The translations under genes and the position numbers were made by a program. The notes beneath the pieces were generated by a model. It did not search any database. It worked only from the letters and a program-made list of their open reading frames with translations, and was not told the origin of the DNA. Below are positions 30,644-37,798 of a stretch of 37,798 nt of DNA, piece by piece. The stretch is from positions 1 through 37,798 of the forward strand of contig JBFKDW010000022.1 in the NCBI GenBank assembly GCA_041619515.1, in the 5' to 3' direction. This DNA comes from Acidimicrobiia bacterium (GTDB lineage: Bacteria > Actinomycetota > Acidimicrobiia > Spongiisociales > SHLN01). Each line of letters begins with the position of its first letter. The stretch's first letter is position 1.

Positions 30644-30770
30644 CCGAGGTTCTCGCCAGCACCAGCTTGATGTCCGGAGTACGGGCTGATGCCGAGGCTC
30701 CCCCGCCCCAGCCGTCGACCTGAAGGGCTTCCCGGAGCCGGTGGAGGTCGCTGCCATCCCGGGGGCCTGG
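30643..30770 (+). pseudogene. Probable class III adenylate/guanylate cyclase C-terminal remnant (frameshifted)
   Basis: AEVLASTSLMSGV... then, after a frame change, VDLKGFPEPVEVAAI; resembles the cyclase terminal xEILxS...VxLKGxxEPVxV segment. Confidence 0.5.
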
Positions 30771-30792
30771 CCGTCAGAGCCGGGCCGGGCGG

Positions 30793-31383
30793 CTAGCCCG
30801 GGGAGCCATCCCGGCGGGCAACCAAGCGGGCCAGGGCGTACTGGGCTCCCGGCCGCTCGGCCGGTTCCAGCGTCTCCTGGTAGAGGAGCACCTGCAGCTC
30901 GGCGAAAGCACGGAGGAGCTCCTGGGAATCGAGCCGGAACGCGGGCGAGCTGGGCCCGTCGACTTCGGCCGTGGTGTTGAGATGGTGCTCCACGAGCAGC
31001 CAGCCACCAGGTGCCAGGCTACCTGCGAGCCGCGGCCACAGCCGCCGGTTGACGTAGCGGATCACGGTGATCACGTCGTAGGCACCGGCGGGCGGGTCGT
31101 AGTCGTCGAGATCGGCGACCATCCAGTTGATGTCGAGGCCGCGTCGGTTCGCTTCGCTCCTCGCCATGGCAACTGCCACCTCCGAGATGTCGATCGCATC
31201 TACCCGATGTCCTGCTTCCGCCAACCTGAGGGCATGGCGCCCGGCCCCGCACGCAACGTCGAGCGACCGTCCTGGCGGCAGCCGGTCGATCCAATCTTCC
31301 AGGAAGCGCCCGGCACGGGGGCGGGGCGTGTAGTCGCCGCTGCGGTAGCGATCGTCCCAGGCGCGGCGCTCCTCATCACTCAT
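30793..31383 (-). CDS. Class I SAM-dependent methyltransferase (TehB-like)
   Basis: WDDRY, LDVACGAGRHAL.LA..G..VDAIDIS and LAPGG.L motifs. Confidence 0.88.
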   Translation of the reverse strand: MSDEERRAWDDRYRSGDYTPRPRAGRFLEDWIDRLPPGRSLDVACGAGRHALRLAEAGHRVDAIDISEVAVAMARSEANRRGLDINWMVADLDDYDPPAGAYDVITVIRYVNRRLWPRLAGSLAPGGWLLVEHHLNTTAEVDGPSSPAFRLDSQELLRAFAELQVLLYQETLEPAERPGAQYALARLVARRDGSPG

Positions 31384-31393
31384 GACGGGATGG

Positions 31394-32050
31394 CTACCAC
31401 GGATGCTCCCGTCCGTCCCAGGTCCAGAACCGGCCGTGCTGGCCGGGTGTCAGGTTCGCGATCAGGTTCCGGATTCCGGCCGCGCTCTCCTCAGCGCTCA
31501 GGCTTGCCGAGGCTCCTCCCATGTCGGTCTGCACCCATCCCGGATGGACGACGATGGCGATGGTGCCCTGCGCTCCCCAGGCCGCGGCCCGGCGGCGGAA
31601 CTCGTCGTTGAGCGCCGCCTTCGAATCTCCGTAATCACCGAGACTGCCCGTCCGCCCCCGCCGCGAGCCCAGCTGCGAGGTCATGATCGCCACTACCCCA
31701 CCGGCGAGGATGGCGCCGGCATCAAGCAGGCTCTGGATGACGCGAATCGGGGCGGCGGCGTTCACTTCCATGAGCTCTGCCCGCGGGAAGCCCCGATATA
31801 TGCCGGCATTGTGAATGGCCACCGTGATTCTTGAGCTCGCAAGCTCGCGGCTCAGCTCGGCGGTCTGGAGCTGGTCTCGCACGTCGAGCCGATGCACGAC
31901 GAGGTTGCCGTCGAGATCGGCCAGTTCGCCCGGCGCCGCCGGGTCCCGAACGGTCGCGTGCACCGCACGGCCCTCCGCCGCGTACTGTCGCACGAGCTCG
32001 GCGCCGATCCCGCGGCTGGCGCCCACGACGAGGACGGGTCCATCCGGCAT
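31394..32050 (-). CDS. Short-chain dehydrogenase/reductase (CsgA/C-factor-like)
   Basis: GASRGIG, HNAG, Y.DSKAALN and VHPGWVQTDMGG motifs; TAGGCT -10 element 6 nt upstream (leaderless). Confidence 0.9.
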   Translation of the reverse strand: MPDGPVLVVGASRGIGAELVRQYAAEGRAVHATVRDPAAPGELADLDGNLVVHRLDVRDQLQTAELSRELASSRITVAIHNAGIYRGFPRAELMEVNAAAPIRVIQSLLDAGAILAGGVVAIMTSQLGSRRGRTGSLGDYGDSKAALNDEFRRRAAAWGAQGTIAIVVHPGWVQTDMGGASASLSAEESAAGIRNLIANLTPGQHGRFWTWDGREHPW

Positions 32051-32224
32051 GCCGCCAGCCTAGAAACACCCGGTCCGGTGTTGATCGAGACGTCGTCGAT
32101 CAGAATCTTGAACGCAGCGCCGTGCGCGTCCTTGTCTTTTTCCCCGGTCGGCTCGAACCCGTTCGGCGGTGCCGACCGCCCGCGACATGGACTCCTGATG
32201 CCATTCGGACGACCAGGACAGCGA

Positions 32225-33322
32225 TCATCGGACGATCCGAGCGCTCCTGGCCGAGACGGCCCTGAGGACCTCGTCCTTGCTCATCATGGACGTGTCACCC
32301 GGTGTCGACATCGTGAGCGCTCCGTGAGCCGCGCCGATTTCGACCGCTTCGGAGGCGGTCCTGCCCTCGAGAAAGCTCCAGATCATGCCGGTCGCGAAGC
32401 CGTCGCCACCGCCGACCCGATCGTAGATCTCGAGGTTCTCCCGCAGCTGTGCCTCATGGAATTCACCATTCGCATACAGCACCGCCCCCCAATCATTGAA
32501 CCCGGCGGTGCGGGCGTTGCGGAGCGTCGTGGCCACCACCTTGAAGTTGGGGAACGTCTCTATCACCTTCCCGATCATGACTTTGAAACTCGCCGGGTCG
32601 ATCTTGCTGATGTCGTGATCCTGGTCGGGAACGGCGAACCCGAGGGCGGCGGTGAAGTCCTCCTCGTTGCCGATCATCACATCGACGTGCTCGGCGAGGC
32701 GCCGGTTCACCTCGACGGCCCGTTCACGCCCGCCGTGCGGCTGCCACAGCGACGGCCGGTAGTTGAGGTCGTAGGACACGATCGTCCCGGCCGCTTTGGC
32801 GGCCTGCACCGCTTCCAACGCCACTTCGGCGGTGCCGTCCGATAGTGCGGCAAAGATTCCCCCGGTGTGCAGCCAGCGGACGCCCTCGACCTCGAACACC
32901 TGGTGCCAGTCGATGTCGCCCGGCTCGAGCTGAGAGACGGCCGTGTTGGCCCGGTCCGAGACTCCGAGCGCCGGCCGGGGGCCGTACCCTTTCTCCACGA
33001 AGTTGAGACCGATCCGGGACGCCAGCCCGATGCCGTCGTGGGGAACCCATTTGACGTGTCGGAGGTCGACTCCCCCGGTCATCATGAGGTCCTCCAGCAG
33101 CCGCCCAACCTCGCTGTCGACCAGCGCGGTGACGATCGCGGTGCGGAGTCCGAACACCTTGCGCAGTGCCCGGGCGACGTTGTATTCGCCGCCGCCCTCA
33201 CTCACTCTGAAGTGCCGGGTGGTTCGGATCCGGCCGAATTCGGGATCGAACCGCAGCATGACCTCTCCGAGGCTGATGGCATCCCACCGACAAGCGTCTG
33301 CACCCTTTATCGAAAGAGCCAC
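32225..33322 (-). CDS. kdgK: 2-dehydro-3-deoxygluconokinase (PfkB family)
   Basis: GEVMLRFDP, GGGEYNVA, SYDLNYRPSLW and DRVGGGDGF motifs; adjacent to eda. Confidence 0.88.
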   Translation of the reverse strand: MALSIKGADACRWDAISLGEVMLRFDPEFGRIRTTRHFRVSEGGGEYNVARALRKVFGLRTAIVTALVDSEVGRLLEDLMMTGGVDLRHVKWVPHDGIGLASRIGLNFVEKGYGPRPALGVSDRANTAVSQLEPGDIDWHQVFEVEGVRWLHTGGIFAALSDGTAEVALEAVQAAKAAGTIVSYDLNYRPSLWQPHGGRERAVEVNRRLAEHVDVMIGNEEDFTAALGFAVPDQDHDISKIDPASFKVMIGKVIETFPNFKVVATTLRNARTAGFNDWGAVLYANGEFHEAQLRENLEIYDRVGGGDGFATGMIWSFLEGRTASEAVEIGAAHGALTMSTPGDTSMMSKDEVLRAVSARSARIVR

Positions 33323-33325
33323 TGC

Positions 33326-34003
33326 CTACCCACCTCCCCTGGCTTCCCGGACCGCAGCGACCGTTGCCGCCACCCGCTGCTCCAGTGCGTCCCAATCGCC
33401 CCTCCCGATCATGTCCCGCGGCAGCAGTTTCGATCCCATCCCAACCGCGGGAGCGCCCGCATCGAACCATGCCTTCATCGATTCCACCGTCGGCTCGACG
33501 CCACCGGTCGGAACCGCATCGATCCATGGACACGGTGCGCGGATGGCGCTCAAGAAATCGGGGCCTCCGAGTGAGGCCGCCGGAAACAGCTTCACGAGAT
33601 CGCATCCGAGGCGGTAGGCCGTGAGGATCTCGGTGAGGGTTCCGCACCCCGGGACGTACGGGATGTTGCGCCCGTTGCACACCGCGGCGACTTCCGGCGA
33701 AAGGGCCGGGCCGAACACGAAGTTTGCCCCCAGGTCGATGACGTGCCCGGCGGTCGCCGCTTCGACCGCGGTGCCCACCCCGACGACCAGCTCGGGCAGC
33801 TCACTGCGGGCCCAGCGGATGAGCTCGGCCAGCACCTCGACCGCACCGTCACCCCGGTTGGTGAACTCGATCGTCGTGAGACCGGCGGACACCAGGCGCC
33901 GAGCAACCTCACGCGTTGTCTCGAGATCGGCGTCGTAGAAGACCGGGACGACACCCTCCCGCCGGATCGTTGCGAGCACTTCGGCCTTGCCGTGGGTTGC
34001 CAT
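33326..34003 (-). CDS. eda: KDPG/KHG aldolase
   Basis: VVPVFY, IEFTNRG, VGVGT, PGCGTLTEI, catalytic KLFP and PTGGV motifs; ATG 34003. Confidence 0.9.
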   Translation of the reverse strand: MATHGKAEVLATIRREGVVPVFYDADLETTREVARRLVSAGLTTIEFTNRGDGAVEVLAELIRWARSELPELVVGVGTAVEAATAGHVIDLGANFVFGPALSPEVAAVCNGRNIPYVPGCGTLTEILTAYRLGCDLVKLFPAASLGGPDFLSAIRAPCPWIDAVPTGGVEPTVESMKAWFDAGAPAVGMGSKLLPRDMIGRGDWDALEQRVAATVAAVREARGGG

Positions 34004-34146
34004 ACATCCTCTTCTCAGTTCAACCTGTGGCAAAGCTACACACCGGCCCGTCCCGGGGAGGAATCACCAAAAGCCTCTGGTGCACCCGGCCTGCTTCATC
34101 GACGCTGATGTTGAAGCAATACGGCACTGAAGATCCGGAGGGTCGG

Positions 34147-34431
34147 ATGGGACAACGGCGGAATCCCGCCATGGAGCGGGCACGACAACGTGTGAAAGAG
34201 GTTCGGGACTTCTACTACCACCTCATGACCTTCGTCCTCGTCAACGGACTCATCATCTATCTCGACAGGCGAACCGGGCCGAACGACCAATTCCTCGGCC
34301 TCGATTGGGCGTTCTGGGTCATCTTCGCCTGGGGTTTCGGCATCGCCGGTCACGCCATCGCCACCTTCCTCGGGGACTACCGGGTCAACGAGGTCTCCCG
34401 ACAGGACAGCCGGGAACGGGTGGACCGCTGA
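34147..34431 (+). CDS. 2TM domain-containing protein
   Basis: ARQRVKEVRDFYYHL..FVLVN...W..W....WG.GIAGHA pattern; SD GGAGG. Confidence 0.85.
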   Translation: MGQRRNPAMERARQRVKEVRDFYYHLMTFVLVNGLIIYLDRRTGPNDQFLGLDWAFWVIFAWGFGIAGHAIATFLGDYRVNEVSRQDSRERVDR

Positions 34432-34534
34432 CCGGAAGGTCGGCCGGCAATCATCGCAGGTTGTGTCGGGCCCGGGTCGCGCGCCCGAGATAGGATTCGA
34501 CCAGGCCATCCGCACCGACACGATCGCGAGCACC

Positions 34535-35407
34535 GTGACACAGCCCAGCGAGCCCCTGGCTCCCTTCCTCGCCGAGCCGTCGAAGCTCGGCCGGGAGATC
34601 AGCATCACCGGGAAGTGGATCCCGGCACGGCAGGGCGGGATGTTTCGCAGGACCGCCGAATCGAAAGAAATGCTGCAGGAGTGGGAGGACATCCTCGCAG
34701 GGGCGAGGACCGATGCCGGTGTCATGTCGACCGAGATCAACCATGCCGTTGGCGAGGATGCAGTGCTCGTTCACCACGTCTTCTCGAGTCCCGACGCGCT
34801 GGTCGACTACTTCACAACGACCGCCGCCGAACACAAGGAGCCGCTGACCGCGGTAGCGACGCCTCAGCTGCATCTGGTTCGTGGTGTCGAGATTCCCGCC
34901 CCTGCGCGAGAAGCGGTTTCGGCAACGGGGGTGCCGGCGGTGTTCGGAGAGCTGCTGTTCGGCTACGTGAAACATGACTATCGCCAACCCGATCCCGAGA
35001 CCGCCATCATGGTCACGGCCAAATGGACGGCAAAGCCGGGGGTTGCGACCCATTTCGAAGATCTCAGGTACTGGTGGCAGCGGGTCGGCACCGAGGCGCA
35101 CTCGCTCGAGCAGGGCCTGGTCCGCTTTGAGGCCTATCAGGTGGTCGGCGAGGACGCCTTGATCATCCACGAAGCGTTCGACAGCAGCGACGAGCTGAAA
35201 TTCCACCTGTCGAAGGGGACCGCCGAGAAGTACAAGAAGGACATCGACCTGGTGGCGGCACCTGAGGCCTATTTCTTCCGGGGTCCGGTGTCCTGGACCA
35301 TCAGGACCTACTCGAAGTTCCTGCATCTCCCGGCGACCTACTCCAGCCGGGGCAGCCACTTCACCCGGCCGGGCGGAAGCATGAGCGAGGGGCTGATCGA
35401 CAGCTGA
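34535..35407 (+). CDS. Hypothetical protein with two ABM/dimeric alpha-beta-barrel-like repeats
   Basis: Two similar halves (ITGKW...GEDAVLVHHVF.S.DAL..Y and VTAKW...GEDALIIHEAF.S.DEL..H); start uncertain (34463 or 34535). Confidence 0.65.
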   Translation: MTQPSEPLAPFLAEPSKLGREISITGKWIPARQGGMFRRTAESKEMLQEWEDILAGARTDAGVMSTEINHAVGEDAVLVHHVFSSPDALVDYFTTTAAEHKEPLTAVATPQLHLVRGVEIPAPAREAVSATGVPAVFGELLFGYVKHDYRQPDPETAIMVTAKWTAKPGVATHFEDLRYWWQRVGTEAHSLEQGLVRFEAYQVVGEDALIIHEAFDSSDELKFHLSKGTAEKYKKDIDLVAAPEAYFFRGPVSWTIRTYSKFLHLPATYSSRGSHFTRPGGSMSEGLIDS

Positions 35408-35555
35408 TCTCGTCAGCTCGAGTCCCTCGCATCGGCCGATCCCGGGTGGCTCGCCACCGGGCAGTGGCGTGTGCCACGGGCCCGGAAGCCGGTGAGCTGG
35501 GGACGGGAGCCGAGAAATCAGGAAGAGAACACGCCGATCGGTGTTTCCCAAAAAG

Positions 35556-36581
35556 ATGATGAAGCGTCGTTTCAAGACCATCGCCCTGGTCGTCACCGGA
35601 GGCGTGTTGCTGCTGGCCACCGAATGGGCCTTCTCCCCGGCGACACGCAGCGAGCCGGGCTCACCCGGGACGAGAGTCGGACCACGCGACGTGTACAACC
35701 CGGTGACGGCGGGAGAAACCCTGCCACACGGCTTCACCCAGCTGCTGCCCCGCGACGGGATCCAGCCGATCTACGAACCGGAGTTCACGCCCGCCGATGG
35801 TGTGGACTGGCCCCCCGAAACTCAGGTCATCGGTGTTGCGGCCGACGACGAAGCGAAGGCATACCCGGTGAGCTTCCTCAACCGGCACGAGATGGTGAAC
35901 GACTTCATCGCCGGGGAGCCGATCCTCGTCACCTGGTGACCACTGTGCGCCACGGCGATGGTCCATCGCCGCACCATCGACGGCAAGGAGGTGGTTTTCG
36001 GGGTGCAGGGAGCGTTGCTGGGCAACGCCATGACCTTCTGGGATCACGACACGGGCAGCATCTGGTCTCAGCCGACCGGGGAGGCGGTCGCCGGGCCGCG
36101 CCGGGGACGTCACCTCGACTTGCACCCCGTCTCGTACACCACCTGGGAAGCATGGCGCGAGTCTCATCCGGGGACGCTCGCCCTCGACGTCCCGGCCGGC
36201 GTCACCGGGTTCGAGCTCGGGCGAATGGCCATCGTGCTCGACCTGGCCGGGGAGGCAGTCGCCTTCCGGCATCGGGACCTCGAGGCGGCCGGAGTCGTCA
36301 ATGAGGTGGTCGGCGGCCTCGAGGTAGCAGTCGTCATCGACCCTGCGAACGAGACCCGGTGGGAGACGTTCGCCCGAAGCGTCGGCGATCGTGTCCTCAC
36401 GATGTCGATCGAGAACGGCGTGCTCGTCGACCGCGAGACCGGCAGCGTTTGGGACCCGGTGCGGGGGCTCGGGGTGAGCGGTGAGCTCGCCGGCGAGAGT
36501 CTGGGGCTGCTGCCCGGTTTCACCATCTTTCCCGCCGATTTCTCGACCTTCTGGCCTGAGGGCCGCTTCTGGCAACCGTGA
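35556..36581 (+). CDS. DUF3179-family probable selenoprotein (UGA 35937-35939 read as Sec, UxxC motif)
   Basis: ORFs 35541-35939 and 35958-36581 are in the same frame, joined by TGG TGA CCA CTG TGC (VTW-U-PLC; family motif VTxCPLC). DUF3179 motifs PRDGIQPI, KAYP...L..HE.VND and D.DTGSIWSQ..G.AV.GP span the UGA. A hairpin follows the UGA, and the N-terminus has a signal/TM segment. Confidence 0.85.
35937..35974 (+). promoter_or_regulatory. Bacterial SECIS-like element
   Basis: Perfect 8-bp stem CGGCGATG/CATCGCCG (35953-35971) with a G-initiated apical loop 21 nt after the UGA; lower GTG/CAC pairing. Confidence 0.7.
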
Positions 36582-37111
36582 ACGGGCTCTCCCGTGCGCT
36601 CCGGCTCGACCTCGGAACGTGGCGATGGCTCGAGTCGGAGGCTTCGCCGGCCGGAGCCGGGTTGGTGGTGCTGGGCGGCTATCTGATGTTCGCACTCGAC
36701 CGGTTCGGCTGGCCCGACTTCTCTCCCAGAGCCACGGTGCGGCTCATGCTTACCGGCTTCTACGGGTGGATGTGGCTGGGCGTCGCCCTGTGGGTGCTGG
36801 TCCGTCTGGCGTCCGGTTCCTTCGGGCCGCTTGCTCCGTTCGTCCGGTTGGTCGGGCATGCGCATCTTCCGCTGTTGCTGGTGGCGATATTCATTCAGGT
36901 GGTCTCGGTCATGCTTCGTCTTCCGAGCCTGGCCCGCTGGCCGGCATTGTTCGCCGGTGTGTTCTGGATGCCAGCCATGCTGGCGGGAGCCGTGGCGGCG
37001 TCGGCGGATGTGCGGCTGCCTCGGGCCCTGCTGATCGTGGCGGTGCCCTACCTGGTCTGGGTTGCGGTGGTAGGCCGCATCTTGTGGCGCCAGCTGGGCC
37101 ACTTGCTGTGA
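36578..37111 (+). CDS. Membrane protein (Yip1-like, about 5 TM helices)
   Basis: Hydrophobic helices and an F.RLVGHAHLP motif; GTGA overlap with the DUF3179 stop. Confidence 0.7.
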   Translation: MNGLSRALRLDLGTWRWLESEASPAGAGLVVLGGYLMFALDRFGWPDFSPRATVRLMLTGFYGWMWLGVALWVLVRLASGSFGPLAPFVRLVGHAHLPLLLVAIFIQVVSVMLRLPSLARWPALFAGVFWMPAMLAGAVAASADVRLPRALLIVAVPYLVWVAVVGRILWRQLGHLL

Positions 37112-37170
37112 CGCCATCGCTGTCACGGCCGGGTAGTGGCAAACTGGTGCGTCGGGCCGCTCGGAGTGAC

Positions 37171-37746
37171 ATGAACCCCAAGGTCGATGCCTACATCAGA
37201 CGGTCGGAGAAGTGGCCGGAGGAAATGAGCGCCCTGCGGCCCATCTTGCTGGGCGGCGGGCTGGCCGAGGACATCAAGTGGGGCAAGCCCTGCTACAGCC
37301 ATGACGGCAAGAACATCCTCATTCTCCAGGAGATGAGCCCGTTCCTGTCGCTCATGTTCTTCAAGGGCGCATTGTTGAGCGACCCGGAAGGCGTTCTCGA
37401 AGAGCAAGGGCCAAACTCACGGTCGGCTCGCCGCATTCGGTTCACCTCGGTCGAGGACGTGGTTCGGCTGGCCGGCACCGTCGAGGCCTATGTCGACGAA
37501 GCCATCGCTGTGGAGGAGGCGGGCCTGTCGGTAGGCCCGGCCCCCGAGCTCGCCCTGGTGAAGGAGCTCACGACTCGCCTCGAACAGGACCCTGTCCTCA
37601 AAGCCGCCTTCGAGGCCCTGACGCCTGGCCGCCAGCGCGAATACAACCTGTACTTCTCGGGTGCCAAGCAGGCCAAGACGCGCCTGGCGCGGGTCGACAA
37701 GCACGTTCAGAGGATCCTGGACGGCAAGGGATTTCGCGACCCGTGA
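37171..37746 (+). CDS. YdeI/OmdA-family protein (DUF1801 + OmdA domains)
   Basis: MNPKVDAYI, EDIKWGKPCY, FFKGALL.DP...L and AF.ALTPGRQR.Y..YF..AKQ..TR motifs. Confidence 0.9.
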   Translation: MNPKVDAYIRRSEKWPEEMSALRPILLGGGLAEDIKWGKPCYSHDGKNILILQEMSPFLSLMFFKGALLSDPEGVLEEQGPNSRSARRIRFTSVEDVVRLAGTVEAYVDEAIAVEEAGLSVGPAPELALVKELTTRLEQDPVLKAAFEALTPGRQREYNLYFSGAKQAKTRLARVDKHVQRILDGKGFRDP

Positions 37747-37798
37747 GCCGGCTGCGGGCTGTCGGTGGACGCACCAGCTAGGTTCGACGGCATCTTTC

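Overview
GC-rich bacterial DNA, most likely from an actinobacterium. This is inferred from leaderless TANNNT promoters, a SigH/SigR-type promoter, TTGTCCACA DnaA boxes and an actinobacterial-type Zur box. The core (about 3.4-26.5 kb) is a selenium-dependent molybdenum hydroxylase / purine-catabolism locus. It holds a BMP-family nucleoside ABC importer, a fused Fe-S/Mo xanthine dehydrogenase, ssnA, ygfK and a convergent ygfM-xdhD-xdhC-yqeB-yqeC operon. It is interrupted by msrA, a GMC oxidoreductase, a cupin and a PPTase. Flanking genes include an opine dehydrogenase, pyrB with an attenuator-like leader, a Zur-controlled zinc ABC system and eda-kdgK. Near the right end, two ORFs in the supplied track are one DUF3179-family gene with an in-frame UGA in a UxxC motif followed by a SECIS-like hairpin, i.e. 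a probable exported selenoprotein. Also seen: a ~210-nt highly structured intergenic RNA candidate (26564-26772), a small DnaA-box cluster, and orphan 3' gene remnants (cytochrome P450, class III nucleotide cyclase). No rRNA, tRNA, CRISPR array or mobile element was recognised. All family calls are from motif recognition by eye, not database searches.
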